From assembly GCF_001949145.1 (NCBI RefSeq), contig NW_019091355.1:2710646-2774645 (forward strand): 64,000 bases of DNA, read 5' to 3'. The translations under genes were made by a program, and so were the position numbers. Below the pieces are notes generated by a model, which saw nothing but the letters and a program-made list of their open reading frames with translations, searched no databases and was not told the DNA's origin. Source of the DNA: Acanthaster planci. Lineage: Eukaryota. Shown here in pieces: positions 60,853 through 64,000 of the stretch; the stretch's first letter is position 1; each line of letters begins with the position of its first letter.

Positions 60853-63191
60853 CTATACTTTATCCTGGCCCTGCTGAACTGCTGCACCCAACCAGGTGTG
60901 TTTAACTTGTCCCATGTGGAACAGTGTCATATTGACCTCATTTTGGAATGCTAGGATACCAAGCTGCGTATGCGAGGCCTCGTTGACGGCCCGCGACATG
61001 ACACACATGCGGTACTGCTCGGCAGTCAAGTTCATCTGGCACTCTTTCGGATGGTACAGGTGGAAGATGGTGGGATCGGTCACGCGGATGATCTTCAGGT
61101 CCGACTGGATGTAGCGCCGGTAGAGATCCACGTCTTCGCCCCCCCAGCCCTTGATGTCCATATTGAAGCCCTTGATGCTCAGGAAGTCTGACCGGTACTG
61201 ACAGGTCATCCCAAAGCCGAAATCCCTCCAGAACCCCACCTCCTGGTGGACGACCAACTGAGGGGTGTCGGGCATGGCGTCGTTGACAGCGTGAACGATC
61301 TTCGGGTTGTACAGGCTGAAGACGATGGGGTAGTACACCGTCCTGCCGGGCACGGTGTGGTACCGGCAGTGCTCGAGGAATTCCTTGGTGAACGCAATGT
61401 CCACGTCGCAGAAGAACATCAGCACGTCGCTCCCGTCCCAGCTCTGCACTCCCTCCTCCAGGCCCCGCCCACGGGAAAAGGGGAGGTTCAGGCGTATGAG
61501 CTTGTAGCTGTGGAAGTTGTACTGGTGGGCCATATTGAAGAGAACTGAATGGATTTCACTTAGTCCTTCTTCGCCAAAGTACACCACTGTCAGGTACACA
61601 AGCATCCTGTTGTCCAGGCACACAGACTTAAACCGCTCGATGAAGGACTTAAACTTGTCTATTCTGCCCGACAACGGAATGATAATATTGACTAATATTT
61701 TATTTGTGTCTATGACCTGCGACCGCAGTTTCTGAAGCGGACTGAACGGCCGTAAAATCTCCATACTCTGATAATAGTTTTCTTGTGCACCGCGAAACAC
61801 TAGGTTGTAGTACGTTCCGATAGTCCGCTCTGATTTAAATATCCCATCCACGAAGTTATCAATAGAAAAGCTATTGAAAGTGTTGTCCTTTTTCTTGTTC
61901 AGAATATCAATTGCAAAGTAGACAGCCTCCACCAGGTCCTCCTTTCTGTCGCCCCGTGGTCTCTGGGAGGGACGGTGGGGCAGGCCACTGTCCAGTGAGT
62001 AGACCAGCTTGGAGTTGAGGCTGCTGAACGGCACCACGTCGTACTCGCTGTGCAGCGGCTTGTGCATGTCAATCTTAGCCATCTGCTGCCGGACAAAATC
62101 TGAGAGGTCATCGTGGGTGTCCACGTCGCTGGAGCGCTGGGCCCGTATCCCGCCCTCCACCTCCTTGTACTTTTGGGGCTCCTCCACCTGCTGGGTGCCA
62201 CCGGCCTGGTGCTTCTTGAGCTCCCGCTTCAGCTCCCGGATCTGCTGCTTCAGGGACGCCACCTCCTGGTTGTGCTTCTCCTCTTGCTCACTGAGGGAGG
62301 CGATGCAGTCGTCATGGTACTGGATGTCGCGAGATCTCACCTGGAGGGACTGATCAACCTAGTGAAAGAAATGGATGCCGAAAATGACAAATATGGTCCG
62401 ACTTCTGCAGATGAATGCAAACAATGACCTCAGAAGAAATGGTGGAAAACGAAGAGAATAATCAGAAGCGGCAGATATGAAACTATTCCAAGATGGGAAT
62501 ATCTGAACTGAGGATGGGACGTTTAAATGTTTAAACAAAACAAATTCCAAATGCATTTACTGATTTTCCCAAATGTTTAAACGGAACCGCCCCTTTTTAG
62601 ATGTTTGACACGTACTTTTTGGAGAAAAAGTGGATTCTAAAACAATAAACACTGCTTGTTTAAATGCCCTAACATCAGTATACATTTTTACATTGGTTAG
62701 ACAATGTGCATTATTGAACTACATAATTACGCATATATGAGAACACCGAGGTAGGCGGCGGCCTCTGTAAAGTGCTGGCAGAACGTTTGAACAGTATGGG
62801 AAAGTTCATATCAAATGGAAATTTCTGAACAGTAAATCCACTTTCAAATTGCCATCATAATTAGCAGTATACACGTATATCCTCATTTAGGATAAAGGGG
62901 TCACCGCACCTGGTCATTCCAAAACACAGTGCACACTTTGCAACTTGCTGTACACACTTTAAAGCGTACCTGGTCCATGGGCTTTGGGACGGCCGCCTGC
63001 TGGCTGCTGCTGTTGATGCAGGTGTCCTGGTTGGCCAGCAAGAGCAGGAGGCCTAGGCAGAAGATGATGCCAAACTTGATGCAGTTCTGCAAGGAGGGCA
63101 GCCGCATCTTGCAGAGCGGCCAGCGGGCGGGAGGCTGAGGCTGCCCGTGGGAGTTGGCCATGGCCGATGGCTCTACTTGCACTTTGGACAT
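60853..63191 (-). CDS. CSGALNACT1: Chondroitin sulfate N-acetylgalactosaminyltransferase (CSGALNACT1/2 family); type II Golgi membrane protein, ~560-570 aa
   Basis: Exons 63191-62970 (first ATG at 63191; stronger-context GCCATGG at 63161; acceptor ~63282; transmembrane segment IKFGIIFCLGLLLLLA; donor CAG|GTACGC) and 62340-60853 (acceptor CCCTCCAG). Coiled-coil stem followed by FSRGRGL, FFCDVD (DxD), YYPIVFSLYNP, GFWRDFGFGMTCQYRSDF, KGWGGEDVDLYRRY, FHLYHPKEC and NEASHTQLG. Probably a co-orthologue of vertebrate CSGALNACT1 and 2. Confidence 0.92.
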
Positions 63192-63850
63192 CTGTGGTGG
63201 AATGTTAAGAGGGCAAGGAACGGTTGATGAGCTTAGCGTATTTTCGGACTGGGAGTCCTTCGGGAAGGACGGGGTGCTTGAACTACCCACAAGAAGGGTT
63301 AGTGTTTACCATTTTCTAACGTCACATTATCAGGCCTTTTTAATGATAACTGTATGTCCTACAGGTAGCTTGCCAAAAACCCAACTTTCAAGAGAGGCGA
63401 GATATATCTTCAGCCTTTGCCAATACAACCAACTGCTACAAATACTGCTCCTTGAAATTACAGGTACTTGTAAAAATCTAATAAGTGACACCACTCCAAG
63501 GCACCACTCTCAACTGGTATTCACTGCAGCAGCAGGCCACGTACGGTGACCAAATTCAATTTAACCACACAACAGTCCTCCTCCATGGGCTTTTCAGATG
63601 TTTTATGTGCAGAACAAAGAGAGGATTACATCTGCATTCAGAGGTGGGGGGGGACAGTTAATGTTTAACCTATCTGGATGACCTGTGAATACAGACTGCT
63701 CCACATGGCCTCTCCTGCAAAATACTTCAATGTGACTCTTTACACAACACTGGCTTGATCTTTTTTTTTTTCCCTTTGCAAAATATGTCGGCCATTTTTA
63801 ATTATTTAAGGAAAGTACAGACTACTGATCAGTACACAAACCAGTTCCAT

Positions 63851-63962
63851 GTGGGTAAGTCCAGAAATTAGGGGTCCAAAAGTGTGACATTTTCGTGTCC
63901 CTGTTATACACAAAAAAAGGGACACGAAAACAAATGGACCCCTAATTTCTGGACTTACCCAC
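63851..63962. mobile_element. 112-bp hairpin with perfect 28-bp terminal inverted repeats (MITE-like); a related longer copy lies at ~60565-60750
   Basis: GTGGGTAAGTCCAGAAATTAGGGGTCCA (63851-63878) is the exact reverse complement of 63935-63962; inner stem TTTTCGTGTCCCT/AGGGACACGAAAA. Confidence 0.75.
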
Positions 63963-64000
63963 TTACAAAATCATTTGTCGGATGTGACGGGGGCATGATA

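Noticed and set aside
60896..62427. Overlapping ORFs on the plus strand and in alternative frames of CSGALNACT
   Set aside because: Shadow ORFs from GC-rich codon usage of the real minus-strand gene.

Overview
Eukaryotic DNA from an intron-rich invertebrate animal (GT-AG introns, two assembly gaps); no prokaryotic features, CRISPR arrays, rRNA or tRNA genes were recognised. Six spliced protein-coding genes were rebuilt by hand. They are: (1) the last three exons of CAMLG/GET2 (+, 15-1235, missed by the ORF track); (2) a complete 12-exon TM9SF3 (+, 3814-13243, 585 aa); (3) an uncharacterised ~1,440-aa protein with a divergent actinin-type tandem calponin-homology (CH1-CH2) module, a coiled coil and a long disordered tail, with no recognisable spectrin repeats or membrane anchor (+, ~22445-34605); (4) a 5-exon sigma-class glutathione S-transferase with substituted glutathione-site residues (-, 40195-41627); (5) an 8-exon carboxypeptidase E-like M14B peptidase (+, 43067-51769), head-to-head with the GST; and (6) a chondroitin sulfate N-acetylgalactosaminyltransferase (-, 60853-63191) with its whole catalytic region in one exon. 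Non-coding DNA is rich in short non-autonomous DNA transposons, notably several TTAA-flanked piggyBac-like MITE families whose ends read as telomeric repeat. There is also a 12-bp intronic minisatellite and a ~97-bp satellite array. The strongest leads are the CH-CH/coiled-coil gene with a probable internal CpG-rich promoter and a possible decayed duplicate exon, the atypical GST, and three local splice-site duplications. No wholly new biological system can be demonstrated from sequence alone.
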